Assembly: GCF_001194135.2 (NCBI RefSeq)
Contig: NC_068998.1
Coordinates: forward strand, 8,421,938 to 8,485,937
Length of the DNA stretch: 64,000 nt
Direction: 5' to 3'
DNA from: Octopus bimaculoides
Taxonomy: Eukaryota
Each line of letters starts with the position of its first letter. Position 1 is the first letter of the stretch. The position numbers and the translations under genes are program-made. The notes under the pieces were generated by a model that made no database searches, was not told where the DNA came from, and was given only the letters and a program-made list of their open reading frames with translations. This document shows positions 1-12,390 of this stretch, piece after piece.

Positions 1-52
1 AGGTAGTGGCGGTTCTTTGGCGCATCAGGAGAGAACAAAAATTCATATGCAA

Positions 53-98
<46 letters not shown>

Positions 99-485
99 GG
101 AAACATGTACGTTAATACATTATATATATTTTGCACCTTTATATATTCCTTATTGAGTGCGTCCATGAATGCATATGCATACGCTCTCATTGATGCCTAT
201 GTATCGCAACTGCGTAGTGCATTCTTGCCTGAATAGGTGCAGCTATGAATGCACATGTATGCACACACAATTGAATGCCTGCTGTGAGACCCGTATTCAT
301 CAACTTTGAATATATGTATGTGTATTTATGTATGTATATATATTGTATGTATATATATATATATATATATATACATACACACATACATACATACAGGCAT
401 GCATGCATGTATACATACATACGTACATGCATACATCTGTGTGACCTTTGTGCATATACGTACATAACATACATTTGTACAAGAT

Positions 486-940
486 ATAACGTTCATTCCA
501 GAAGTTTTAAGACATTTTTCATGGGAGACACGTATCATGTTTCAAAGAAGTTCGGAGTTCTACTCTCCTTCAAAGTAGGATTCTCACACTCCAATGCAAT
601 TGTCATAGAGTTCTGGCCACTTCGTGAAGGCCCAGTAGAAGTCCTCCTCGAAAGTGAATGTGTCCAACCCCTTGTCGCAACCTCCTTGAACTTCATAACG
701 ACTGCTCCAGAGGTTCTCCTTCAGTTTGAGAACAGCCAAGTATCACAGCGATCAAGGTCTGGAATGTAGAGAGTGTGAATAGCAGTTTTGATGCATATTT
801 CTATCAAATAGTTGCTTCCCAGAAAGCTGGTTAGTGAGCACCCGTTGGTCAAACTTCGCTCAAATTTTGCGTTTGTTCTGATCATCATGAACAATATTTG
901 AGTGTATAGCTGCCACATAATCTCCGAACTGTCTGTTTAA
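486..940 (-). mobile_element. Decayed mariner transposase, C-terminal fragment
   Basis: Minus-strand translation across frameshifts gives ...IKTAIHTLYIPDLDRCDTWLFS/LKENL...LDTFT..EDFYWAFTKWPELYDNCIGV*ESYFEGE* (stop at 560-562). This matches the mariner C-terminus HPPYSPDLAPCDFWLFPKLKE...KW.ERY.KC.EV.G.YFEG. 486-515 may be the single remaining TIR. Confidence 0.8.
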
Positions 941-959
941 TGTATCTATAAATACACGA

Positions 960-1195
960 AACCTGCGCATTTCCTCAACCAGCTCTGATATTCTAATGAC
1001 CATCTCCCTCCCTTAGCTGTGGTCGTGTCTCCCCTCCTCTCTACAGTCATTTCTCTCTTGTGCCAGCGAAAGACAGATGCTCGGCTCATACAAGTTAATA
1101 CTTAATCAGTATAAAGCATTCAATGTTTCCTGTGCAGTTTAACAGAAAAAAGCTCTAGTGCATTGTGAGCTTCGAAACGTCTGAACTGCATTGTA
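960..1195 (+). mobile_element. Possible Penelope-like element 3' relic ending in a degenerate hammerhead motif
   Basis: Stem I TGCAGTTTA (1133-1141) pairs with TGAACTGCA (1182-1190). Stem II is AAGCTC/GAGCTT, followed by CGAAACGTC. The CTGANGA box is degraded. The upstream GIY-YIG-like coding resemblance is weak. Confidence 0.35.
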
Positions 1196-2199
1196 TAAAT
1201 TGGTCGGCTGTGGTAAGAAGCGTTTAGTAGATTGTGTTTGTGTTCAGAGTGCTGTTACAGCTGTCTCCTTCAATTTGGAAAAGTAAAAATTGGCAAGGCA
1301 ACGTATTAGATATATATCAATGATGATATATAAAATTACAATACTTAAATAGGGCACTTATAACGGTTTCTCATAAAATCTCTCAAAACTTCTGGGATGT
1401 TCCTTGTAGAAAGATACATATATACTTATATTTACGAATGCATACTTACACATATGCATCCTACTCTCATATACATATATACATACACTTCCATACACCC
1501 AAACATGCATGCATACCCACTACACAATAGGCGTACATACATATACATATACATATACAATTTGCGACAAAACTACTTGTTTGTGTATACTGGCGTATGT
1601 ATGTCAGTCGATATTATTATCTGATCTATCTTGAGCTTCCTCTAAGATAATGATATCTGCTTACTGAGCAAACACATACACCGCTCTAATCCCTACGAGA
1701 CAAAGGAAGCGTTTTTCTTGGTGTATTTGCTGTCGCCATCTACTAGATACATCAGTCAAACCACTCTCAATCCCCACCACAACCGTCGTAAAATATAGAA
1801 CTTTGCATCATGCCATCTGAGATACAATATTTAAGAGTAAATTGAATTCATCCATAGTTTGTTCAATCAGAGTTGACAACTCAAGGAGCTAGAGCAAGAA
1901 TTTAATTCAATTGCATCTTCAGAAGCACGCCTGTGTATGTAGTCATTCTTTCTTTATTATTACTACAATACTCACCTATACTTTGCCATTAAAATGTACA
2001 ATGACCTTAGAGGTAAAACTAAAATGGAGTAATGCTTTGGTTCTGGATAACCGATGTATTTAGTTGCTCTATACTTACACTGAGACAAAAGTAAAAACTC
2101 AAGAGAGGAAAATCTAGTGAATATCTGTTGCTTGATATCTCTAAAGTGATCAACAAGAGATTTATATGTATTTAGATTATATCTTTAAGAGAAGTAGAT

Positions 2200-2990
2200 T
2201 TAAATTGTGGGAGTTCCATGCTAGTGAAAAGAAACGGCGTGAGTAGATACGCTTCTTAGTGTTTTCAACCACAGGTTAAAGACGAGAATCAGTAGAAAGC
2301 CAAATCTCTCTATTTGTAGCCGTTAGAGGAGGTGGAAGAGAAGGATGTCGGTCAGAACAACAACTATAGAATCATTTACAAAATAGGGATAAAGAAAACG
2401 GATTCCAGCCATGAAAGAGTTGTTGTAATTTAGCTGCCAACGGTAGAGCCTATAATGTTAGATATTAGCTTTTCAAATCAATTAAGGTGAGAAAGAACGC
2501 CAGCACTAATGAGAAAATAGCATTAATTAGAAGAGAGAATTAAAGGCTTATGGTGATAAATGAAGAATAAAAAAGGGGGGAAAGATAACTTACTCGATGC
2601 ACAGAATAAATATTTAAAGAGGCTAATTTAGCAACGAGTCAAACATAATCCTTCTATTTTAAGATCTTTAGGAAAAAATTAATCATAAACAACGAAGACT
2701 ACAAGACCCGTGAAAAACAGTATACGAGCGGGTTGCTGAAAATTTTCCTGGCGTTGGTTAAAGATAATACAGTTGGCTCAGGTAATTATGATTTCATTTT
2801 CTCGGATTCGCACACTTATTGCAGCGGTCCTTCTGTTTTTTCTAGGCCCCATTAAATGAACTTGGAAATTTGGGCTTCCAATCAGGCCTTTCGTGATACT
2901 CTTGGAACCAGGAATTGTCAGCAGCCACCTAGAAACAGTATGAGGCATAGAAAAGATTATCATCAAAGTTCTTGCAACGATTAACGGATA
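2200..2990 (-). mobile_element. Degenerate non-LTR retrotransposon (CR1/L2/Jockey-type) ORF2 3' region
   Basis: Minus-strand frames resemble the RT C-terminal string (..YCSHIWAGA..RL.KLISNIIGSTVGSKLQ.LSH.RN..SLSLF.K.FYSCCSD..LPPPL..WNS), with many stops and indels. Identified by eye. Confidence 0.55.
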
Positions 2991-3328
2991 GAAGTTTAAG
3001 GTTTGTGTGTGTGTGTGTGTGTCATTTCCTTTAAGAGTAGGAAGTAAATAACCGATAGTTTGGTTAATAAATATTTGGAGCTAAGGGAAATAATTCAAAA
3101 GACAATAGATCGAAATATAAGGTACTAAAACATCCGTGCCATTATCCCCGTCTACTATTTCTGAGTAAGTCGTGTGGTTAGAGTCCTAAGACACGTCGTC
3201 CATAGAATTCAATCGGAACTAATCGTGATTAGACTTTTCGGTTCTATTCCCAAACGCGACCAAATGAGATTCTGGATATTTTCCAGTGTAAAGACAGACG
3301 AAATACCGTTAAACATTTCGCCCGACGT

Positions 3329-3574
3329 GCTAACGTTTCTTATTTCTTTATTGCCCACAAGGGGCTAAACATAGAGGGGACAAACAAGGACAGACAAGGG
3401 GATTAAGTCGATTACATAGACCGCAGTGCGTGACTGGTACTTAATTTATCGACCCCGAAAGGATGAAAGGCAAAGTCGACCTCGGCGGAATTTGAACTCA
3501 GAGCGTAACGGCAGACGAAATACCGCTAAGAATTTCGCCCGGCGTGCTAACGTTTCTGCCAGCTCACCGCCTTA
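3329..3574 (-). mobile_element. tRNA-derived SINE, family A (near full length)
   Basis: Reverse complement reads AAGGCGGTGAGCTGGCAGAAACGTTAGCACGCCGGGCGAAAT...TGAGTTCAAATTCCGCCGAGGTCGACTTTGCCTTTCATCCTTTCGGGGTCGATAAATTAAGTACCAG. A/B-box-like elements are present and more than 10 related copies occur in the window. Confidence 0.9.
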
Positions 3575-3599
3575 ATTTTCTCGTTTTCTGTCTACCAAC

Positions 3600-3790
3600 A
3601 GGTCTCCTGCCGGCTGGCTAAACTTAAAGAAGCTGTGTGACAATTATTTCCTGCGACATTTTAGTCACATGTATTGGAGCTGAGTCCTCTTAATGCGAAG
3701 AAATATCAGCTCGTCCTGAAAACAAGCCCTCGGCTCTGAGCTACGCAACCTATCAAGTCACGTCTCTAGAGATTCTCCAGAGAAACCCCA
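3600..3790 (-). mobile_element. Possible Tc1/maT transposase remnant
   Basis: One minus frame reads EDSAPIHVTKMSQE, resembling QDSAPAHKAK.TQE. It is short and degenerate. Confidence 0.25.
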
Positions 3791-4183
3791 TTTCGACTGT
3801 TTGTATTAGTGATTGTATACTCTCTGTCATTATCAAATATTAATGACCATAGGTGAGGTTAGGCCCAAAAATTTAATTGAAAACAGCGAGTTTGACATCT
3901 GTACCAAACTCTCCTCAACCACAAAAACAAAAAGGAAACTTAAGAAGAAAAAAAACTCTGTATTAACTTCAATTATGTATCCCATGCTAGTTCAAGTAAT
4001 AATCGTTTTACACCATTTTTGCACAAACTAATTACTTTTGGAAATTATTGTCCTATTAATAATCATATTTTTCTATCTCGCCTTTCTTTTTTAAACCCTG
4101 ATTTGTCCATATATCGCAAATAAAACGCACAACCAATTACAGTTACTCTTATTCATTCCACGACCCTGATTTATAGTAGTAGC

Positions 4184-4216
<33 letters not shown>

Positions 4217-5644
4217 TATTATTGCTGGTCTTTAGCACTAGATTAACGCTGATGAAACCTTACCAATAATTTAAAGCAGTCTAGCCGTGACCATACCGTT
4301 TCTTGAAAATATTTAGACTACACCATTTATTTTTATTTGTTTATTTATAAATTTATTTGTTTATTTATTCATATATTGCAGACGATAGGTTGTGTTGGTT
4401 TAGAAAGTCTCGTTTGCTTACTGCAAGTAAACAAAACATAGCCACGCTTCATGGGACAGTACTCACTACACCTTCTTTTATGTCCAGCATATTAACTATT
4501 TTGTTCAGTTACCTTGACCCCCCTCTCTCTCTCTCTCACACACACTTGATTGGTTTGTCTGTCTGTCTGTCTGTCTGTTTCTCTCGTTCCGTCTCTCTCT
4601 TCCTCTCCCTGTCTCTGTATTTATGAGAAGCCATCTCCATCTCCATTTCAGGAAAACTTCAAAGTTGTAATAATTGAAACGGAACAATTACTATCATCAG
4701 CAAAAATATAAATTGTTTTTCAAGTTACCAGTGAGAGGGGAGTGGCAGATATTAAATATACGCAACTACTGGCAAAGTTTGTATTTTATCGAGCCCAAGA
4801 GAATCAAGAGACACGGCTGACCTCGACGGACAGTGAATTCCAAATTTAATCTCGGCAAAGCATGCTAGTCACTGCCCTCCCACCACTGGCGAGAACATAC
4901 GCAAGGATTGAAACTAAATATCCTATGCTAAATGGTTATGGGTCATAGAACTTTCTATTCGATAGCCATGTTTTGTTGAATATAAGAAAATATATGGATC
5001 TCGGTCGATTTCGATGTTGAATGTTTTAATTGTTCAAACAACAGAACTGCCTGCTTGTTGAATATGAGTATAGATTGCCCGAAGTTCCACTGACGAAGGT
5101 GATCTTAATTTAATTAACCAGGTAGACTCAGCTGTGTGCAGTACGCGACAAGGGTTGGATGACCCTGTGAATTATGAGCTACAGATACAATAATATCCGA
5201 AATTTTTCTAGAAAGTTTCCCAGTTTAACCCACTAAGCTTTGGTTGACTCCAATAACAAGAATTGCAACGATAATTAAATAATTATTCCCATCTCATCGT
5301 AATTTAGCCATTTCGTTCCTCCAAAGTAAATAAATTCGGGACACTAGATTCTACAATTCTGGCAAAGTAAGAAGTTATTAAAAAGATATTTAATTAAAAA
5401 CAGATGAATTGGAACAGGAGATTAGTATAGCTTCACTGTTATGATAGTGTGAGTTATTAAATCATAAAAATATATATATCTTATTTTGGTTCTGAACTTT
5501 GAACTGAACTCACCCAGACTTCCTAATAATCACAACCATATTCTTTCTATATTTTACAACCATACTTTTTCAGGAAATGTTTTCTTTTATCTTTTACTTA
5601 TCCGAATTAGAGGAGTGGAAGGAGCATAAAACTAAACAAATCAA

Positions 5645-6080
5645 CACGACCGTCGTGCTAGAAATAGGAACCGAATTCTCACCAATGACTTCCTAAAATC
5701 CTAACTTATCTATGAGCAAATGAACCCTTGCTCTCGTACAAGAAATAACTACTACCAGCCTCTCGTATTTAAAAAGAAGGAGCACATTAGATTATGTAGC
5801 TCTAGAAACACAATACAGGAACGTACGATGGAGTGGTCACAATTGGAAGTCTTTCTATCATATTTCTGTTCAATTGATGATATATCTAAATAATCGAATG
5901 TTATCGTGCTAGAAATAACAAAAATATTTTTCTCCCTTTATACTGTATCATGATAAAAATTAAAAATAGAATTTTTTTCAACAGTGTAGTTCTAGAAACA
6001 CTACGGGGGGACACACGATGGATTGTCCACGATTAGAACGCATTTTATAATAATTCTGCTCCATCAGAAACATGACAAAA
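5645..6080 (+). repeat. Two tandem degenerate copies of a dispersed SINE-tail-like repeat
   Basis: Both units share (A)TCGTGCTAGAAATA ... TGTAG(C/T)TCTAGAAACAC ... ACGATGGA. A related fragment GATGGTCACGGCTGGAATG occurs at ~62377. Confidence 0.5.
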
Positions 6081-6139
6081 CAACAATATACTCATTATTT
6101 ACATTTGACAGATATTTGTCCTTATCTTGTTTGTTGTTA

Positions 6140-6183
6140 ACACAACGTTTCAGCTGATATACCCTCCAGTCTTTATGAGGTGT
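6140..6183 (-). ncRNA. Minimal type I hammerhead ribozyme motif (degenerate antisense copy)
   Basis: Minus strand reads ACAC-CTCATAA-A-GACTG[GAGGGTATAT]CAGCT-GAAA-CG-TT-GTGT. Stem I and the GUU triplet are intact, and the core box is mutated. Confidence 0.65.
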
Positions 6184-6395
6184 CTTGGGGGAAATTTCGA
6201 ACCTGGGGTCTCATTCTTACGGTATTTTTCGATGTTATTATTATTATACCCACAGGCATATGGCTTAGAGGTTAAGAGCGCGGGTTACTAGCCCCAAGAT
6301 TCCGAGTTCGATTCCAGGCAGTGACCTGAATAATAACAACAACAACATCGAAAAATACCTTAGGAATGAGAACCCAGGTTCGAAATTTCTCCAAG

Positions 6396-6439
6396 ACTCC
6401 TGATGAAGGCTGGAGGGTATATCAGCCGAAACGATGTGT
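6396..6439 (+). ncRNA. Minimal type I hammerhead ribozyme motif (degenerate copy)
   Basis: ACTC-CTGATGA-A-GGCTG[GAGGGTATAT]CAGCC-GAAA-CG-AT-GTGT. The core box, stem II and GAAA are intact. U16.1 is changed to A and stem I has one mismatch. Confidence 0.75.
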
Positions 6440-6924
6440 AAACAACAAACAAGATGAGGACAAATATCTGTCAAATGTTAATAATGTAAATAATGTACAT
6501 AATTCCTCATGTCTTAAATATAGAACTGAACAATATGCTCATTTTGCTCGAACTGAAAACCACAATTCTTTTGATTTAACTCTACCATGATTACAAAAAT
6601 GAAAGACACCTCCAGTCATGGAGACGTCAATTAAATTCCTGAAACCATGATAAGATGATCACAAAGAGAGTTTTCCGTTATGTCACTATTCAGTCGGAGG
6701 AATTGATATCGGGCTTAAGACGACGATGACAACATTCCAGATATGTTCAGCAAATACCCCGTGAAACCAGAACTTGTTCCAGTCATAGACCTCGCGCCCT
6801 GATGAAGATCATGTTAACAATAATAAAACACTAACATCTGTTTAAAAGAAGAACACGTTGTACATTTGGATCTGGGTCTTAGGATTATCAAGAACTGTAT
6901 TCTGTTGTATATATATATATATTT

Positions 6925-6967
<43 letters not shown>

Positions 6968-7013
6968 TTTTGATCTGGGTCTTAGGAATATCAAGAGCTG
7001 TATACTGTTATAT

Positions 7014-7048
<35 letters not shown>

Positions 7049-8312
7049 AGTCAGTGAACTGTTTTCATCTAAACATTATTTTTCATTCCCGAATGAACCT
7101 TAAATAGATGGCAAGTTAGATTAAGGAATTCTAGAATGCTACATGTAGTTTCCAATTATAGATCAACTCATAATGAACACATGAATCTACGTATGCATAC
7201 ATCCATGTGTGCATAAGTATTGCTGTCGATGATAGCATGCAATTTTCAAATGTTGTGGAATATGAGACAAAAATTTCGCGTTTATTAGTGTGGAGTTTAT
7301 TGCGAATGAATCAATCCCTCGCCACCTCAAAAGATCCACAGAGAAATGGTTATTTCAGTTTTCATTTCCATCCAATAGCTTATAGCAGCAGAAAGTTATT
7401 ACGAGAACTATTTACCGATTCTCACAAGGTTGAACAATTCCTCGTGTCTCTGAAGTTAATGATGTTAAAACTAAATAAAGAATTAAAAACGAAATCTAAT
7501 ATACCTGAGGATTACACGCACACACACACACACATATATAATTTTTATACTCTGTTTACTTTTCTTTTAAGAACTCAAACAAACAAATTTAATTATTTTT
7601 TTTTCTTTAAATCTTAATTTATATCCCTGATATTTATAAAAGTGGTTGAAATGAAAGAAGCAAATTATTTTCTGCAAACAAACCAAATTTGACAGATTGA
7701 TAAAATGAAAATATTTCAACACCTTCGCGCCGTGTCCTTCGCTCTGTCATTCACACTCTCCTTCCCGCCTCTGCTTTACACTCCTCTTATGTTCATCACC
7801 TCTTTCTTTCTCTTCTGATATTTTCGCTATTTTAGCGCTGTTAATATTTTTATATTTTATGACCTTTTAAGGCCCTCTCTACAAAGGCAATATTTATATT
7901 TTTCTCATTCTACTCACAAAATTAAATTCAAACAATTTTAACATCCATATAACATTCAAAGCAATTTTTATGAGCACATATATTTCATTGCTTTTTTTTT
8001 TATGTAATTTTCTATAATCAATTGTTTCCATCCAACCTCATAGAAAACTGCTATAAAAGAATTCTTGATCAAAACCTCCTCTGCTTTCCAAACTAATCTT
8101 AAGTATTACTTTGATAGTCTTGCAATTTTTTTCATTCGTTTTCACATTTATTTCGTTTGTTTTTGCATTCGACTATTATTTCTGTTTTTAATTTCAAAGG
8201 ATCTCTCGATTGGAACAACTCCAAATTCCAATCTTTTTCATCGTGTTTTCATATATTAATATTTATATGTAACTGAAATGCATACATGAATAGATGCATA
8301 CATGCATACATG

Positions 8313-8350
<38 letters not shown>

Positions 8351-9817
8351 CATTCACACACGAATATATTGTTAATAGATAATAATATTAGTAGCACTTC
8401 AAAGCGTGGATTCAAAGCAGGGAAGTATAAAACAGGATGATGATACTGGAAAAGTACCAGCTTTGCTAGAGATAGGAGTCAAATTCTCTCCGAAGATCAG
8501 AAAACTTACTTAAAAACAAGCACAGTGAAATCGGGTGGGGAATGAAAATTTTTGCTCTTACACATGCCAAGGCCAAAGAGGAAATGGCAGATAACATATA
8601 TATATATTACGGAGATGTACTTGTATAGCAAGTGACCTGATCTGAGATCGTGTGTTGAAACAAAGACAACTGCAGCGTGGAAGGTGTTTATAAGCCATTT
8701 AAATTTCATTTGTCAAAATATTTTCATCGCTTCGAGACCGCAACCTGTTTGTTCACTGACAAAATTCCCTGCTCCATCGCATATACATACATACATACAT
8801 ACGTGGGGGTGTCGTGTGTTCTTATCCATCGTTCCATGTGGTAGTGTGTATATATGTATGCATGTACATTCCATTCTCCAATCAATTCATTTTTTTTTTT
8901 TTACATTGTTCATTTGCAATATCTCTATCTAGACTTGAAACACTCACATTTCAGAAAGTATAATTAGATGTATTTATAGCTACATGAGGTTAAGATTGTT
9001 TCGTCTTTCATCACCACGAAATGTATTCGTAGGTGTTTAAGTTCGGACGCGAAAGTTTTAATGAAGAAGAAAAATTACTAACCTTACATTAGAAATAATT
9101 ATCTTAGTTAAGATTCAGAATAAGATTCTGTACGCAGGAAACATTAAAATTGACGCATCAGTGTTATCAGGAATCAAACAGATTTTAAAACTACAGCAAA
9201 TATACGCTCTAAATCATTGTTTTAAATAACCATCCTAATAGAAACAATTGAAGATAAACCTTAAATACTGTATTCCGAGGATATCACATGAGCAAGCATG
9301 TAAATGAATGCACGTAAGCACAAACACAGACAATGAAACCCAATATATAAAAAGTAAGCTGAGAGATAAATACAATTATTTACTTTTGAACAACCAGGAG
9401 TCAAATTTGGGTCATAAACAATGTAAAACTAAAATTGAATTTTTGGATTCATATTCCTTCTTCTTCATATATTCATATATGTGGTTGACGCCTCATCTGA
9501 TTCTAAATAAAACACATCAAGTAATTCTGAATAAGTCTAACACTGAAATGAACAAAATAATATTAATTTAGTTATGTATGTTGATTCGAGGTTTTCCATT
9601 TCATAGCGAAGAGTGAATGGTATGCGAGGTTCTTTTTGTTTTGCGTTAGGGAGAATAACATTATGTAATATTTGCAACTTTCTCAAGAGAATTAGCTGTA
9701 CATATGAGGTGAAATGAATAAAATAATGGGATGAATTTGTGTCAGATCTTTCACTCACTAAAAACATAATTTCTCTACACAATTTACCTTCAAAAGAACC
9801 GATGTAAATATTGGTAT

Positions 9818-9852
<35 letters not shown>

Positions 9853-10891
9853 AACCAAAGAAAGCTTGATAGTATCACATGCAAGGTACATCGCAAATCG
9901 CTACCAAAGTGTGATATAAAGCAATTACCGACCATAACAAGTCTACTAGTGCTCACATTACAATGAAGTAGTAGTAGTAGTGGTGCGCTTACGTACGCGT
10001 AACTTAATGGTTCGGCAATAGATATCCGATACTTTTTCCCACATTGACATTTATTCCTTTGTAATATTGACCAAGATTTCATCCTTTTTCGCATCACTTC
10101 GAACCCTTTCAGCTAAAAGAGAAACTACTACTACTAAGCTTGTAAAGAAAAAGTCCGGGGTCGATTTGTTCGACTAAAGGCGGTGCTCCAGCAAGTCCGC
10201 AGATAAATTACTGGAAAAAAGCAAAAGAATGCCGCGCAGTAGGACTAAGTCCAAAATCACGCAACTGCAAAGCTAAATTCGTAACCACGCAGTCGTTCTC
10301 TGGTCTTTAACATCACCACAGAGACATATTTACTGGGATCGATATAATCGAATTTAGAACGCGAGAAAGCCTTACCCCCATGTGACTGCCGTCAAATAAC
10401 CATAACAAAATCAATGGCTGAGGAGTAGCATAGAGAATGTTTAGAGAATATTGGCTGCAAGTTACCTTCAAGAAATCTAACACATAATAATGGTGTTTAT
10501 GTGAGAGATGTTGACAGTTTAAGACCTAAATGCACACAACAAAATATTTTTGGCTTCTGCAAATGCCAAAACTGAGAATATTTTCTCAGAATAGAATATT
10601 GCCTTCACTTCCTTAGAATATTGAAAGCAAAATAAGGGAAAAAATAGTAAAGTGCAAAGAGGAAATAAATTTCCGATTTGTATATGTAATATTGAAATGA
10701 AAGACCGCAAAACCTCAATGATAAGAAGAAACTGAACAGAGGAAAAATACTACTACGTTTATTAATATTAATACTAATGCTAACAATAATATGCAGGACA
10801 CCAAGCCAAGACGCTGAAGTTACAACGCCAATAAGTTTTTACTATAACGCTATTGCCAGTAATTCATTTATGGCATTATATGTATATATAA

Positions 10892-11242
10892 TGGCGTGGA
10901 TGTGTGGTAAGAAGCTTGCTTCCCAACAACATGGTTCCTGGTTCAGTCCTATTACGGGCCACCTTGGGCAAAATGTCTTCTACTATAGAGTCAGGTCAAT
11001 CAAAGCCTTATGAGTAGATTTGATAGCCAGAGAGTGAAAGAAGCTCGTAGTATATATCTATGTGTGTGAGTGCCTTTGTGTTTGTCCCCCCACTCTCCGC
11101 TTGACAATCAGTGTTGGATTGTTTCAGACCCTGTAACTTAAAGGTTCGGCAAAAAAGACCGGTAGAATGAGTACTGTACTCATAAACGTAGTGGGGTTTA
11201 TTTGTTTAACTAAAGGGCTTGGAGGCGGTCCCTCAGCATATC
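10892..11242 (+). mobile_element. tRNA-derived SINE, family B (CORE-like body)
   Basis: GTGG.TGTGTGGTAAGAAGCTTGCTTCCCAAC...GGTTCAGTCC...CACCTTGGGCAA..GTCTTCTACTATAG...CAAAGCCTT.TGAGT.GATTTG.TAG. At least 7 copies occur in the window. Confidence 0.85.
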
Positions 11243-11439
11243 CTGAAGTAAAATATGTGTGAATGTGTATTTATATTTATATGAATGTATATATATTTTT
11301 GTTGTGTCTGGGGAGAGTCGTTCTCTTTTAGTGCCTTATCATTTAACACACTCACCGGTAAAGTTTCCACTCATTTAATAAGATAATAAGGCACTAAAAG
11401 AGAATGATTCTACCCAGACACAACAACAATATATATACA

Positions 11440-11480
<41 letters not shown>

Positions 11481-12194
11481 ATTATGTTGTACATATGTAT
11501 ATATACGTGTGTGTATGCATATCACAAATACGACACAATAGCAACAAAAACTAGTTAACAAAAACAAGGTGAGAACTGGTGGTAGTAGTAGTTATTGCTG
11601 CAGCGCAAGAAAGACCGAAAACCAGAAGAAAAAGTAGACGCGGAGCTGGAGGAGAAAGAAAAGGATGGAAGATGACGTGAAAGAAATTCAAGAATTTGAA
11701 GTGTATTTCTTCTCGCTGCATTGGTCTTTGAATTTCCATTTTGGTGGATAAAAAGGTTAAATCGTCATTGAATTTCAAAGACCTAAGAATGTGAAGGAAT
11801 TCTTCAAATATCACTGGGTTGGAACGAAAACTCGTGAAATGTGAAATATTTCATTGGATAAAGAACAGTAGAGAATTGGAATTGCTGACCTTCAGGAATT
11901 GGAACAAATCCTATGCTTCCCAACAAAGGCGGTACGATAGGCTGGAGTAGTGGTGCATTTTTTTATGCGTGAATCGTTCCAGTTAACACACACGCATGCC
12001 CATTCAAGCACACATCTCTCTCTCTCTATCTCCCTTTCTTTCTCTACCTATCAATCTATTTATCTATCTTTCTGTCTTTCTTTTTCATTCCTTCTCTATC
12101 TCTTTCATTCCCTCGTTGTCTGTTCCTCTCAATGTCTACCCACCCAATCTCTATCTCCTAATCTGTGTGCGTATGTATTTATATATATATATAT

Positions 12195-12390
12195 GGGAGA
12201 ATTTACGAAAAAAACAACAGACGAAGACAGGTGGTGTAAATAACAAATGGATGTATTAGTTTAACGCTCGGGAATAGAGAAAGTTTTTAACGTTTCGAGC
12301 TACGCTCTTCAACTGAAAGGAACACAAAGAAATACGGAGAAAAACAAGGAATAAAATATAAATGTAGTGGTCAGCGATCTATCATGGCGA
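12195..12390 (-). mobile_element. Penelope-type terminal repeat fragment with hammerhead motif, abutting (TA)n
   Basis: Minus strand 12319-12285 reads CTTT-CAGTTGA-A-GAGC[GTA]GCTC-GAAA-CG-TT-AAAA. It is homologous to 18214-18387. Confidence 0.65.

Larger units (their letters stand above)
6093..6486 (+). mobile_element. Composite fold-back element: inverted arm, tRNA-Arg-like Pol III head, hammerhead-bearing arm
   Basis: 6093-6246 is the reverse complement of 6329-6486 with scattered mismatches. The loop 6247-6328 has A-box TGGCTTAGAGG (6261-6271) and B-box GAGTTCGATTCC (6304-6315). Confidence 0.85.

Noticed and set aside
6247-6328. tRNA gene
   Set aside because: It has A/B boxes and a tRNA-Arg-like 3' half, but no paired acceptor stem and a weak anticodon stem. 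It is a SINE-type head, not a functional tRNA. The same applies to the heads at 37628 and 62327.
7207-7617. 136-aa ORF with mostly non-repetitive sequence
   Set aside because: No recognisable domain or splice context. About one ~100-codon open frame is expected by chance in a window of this size and composition.
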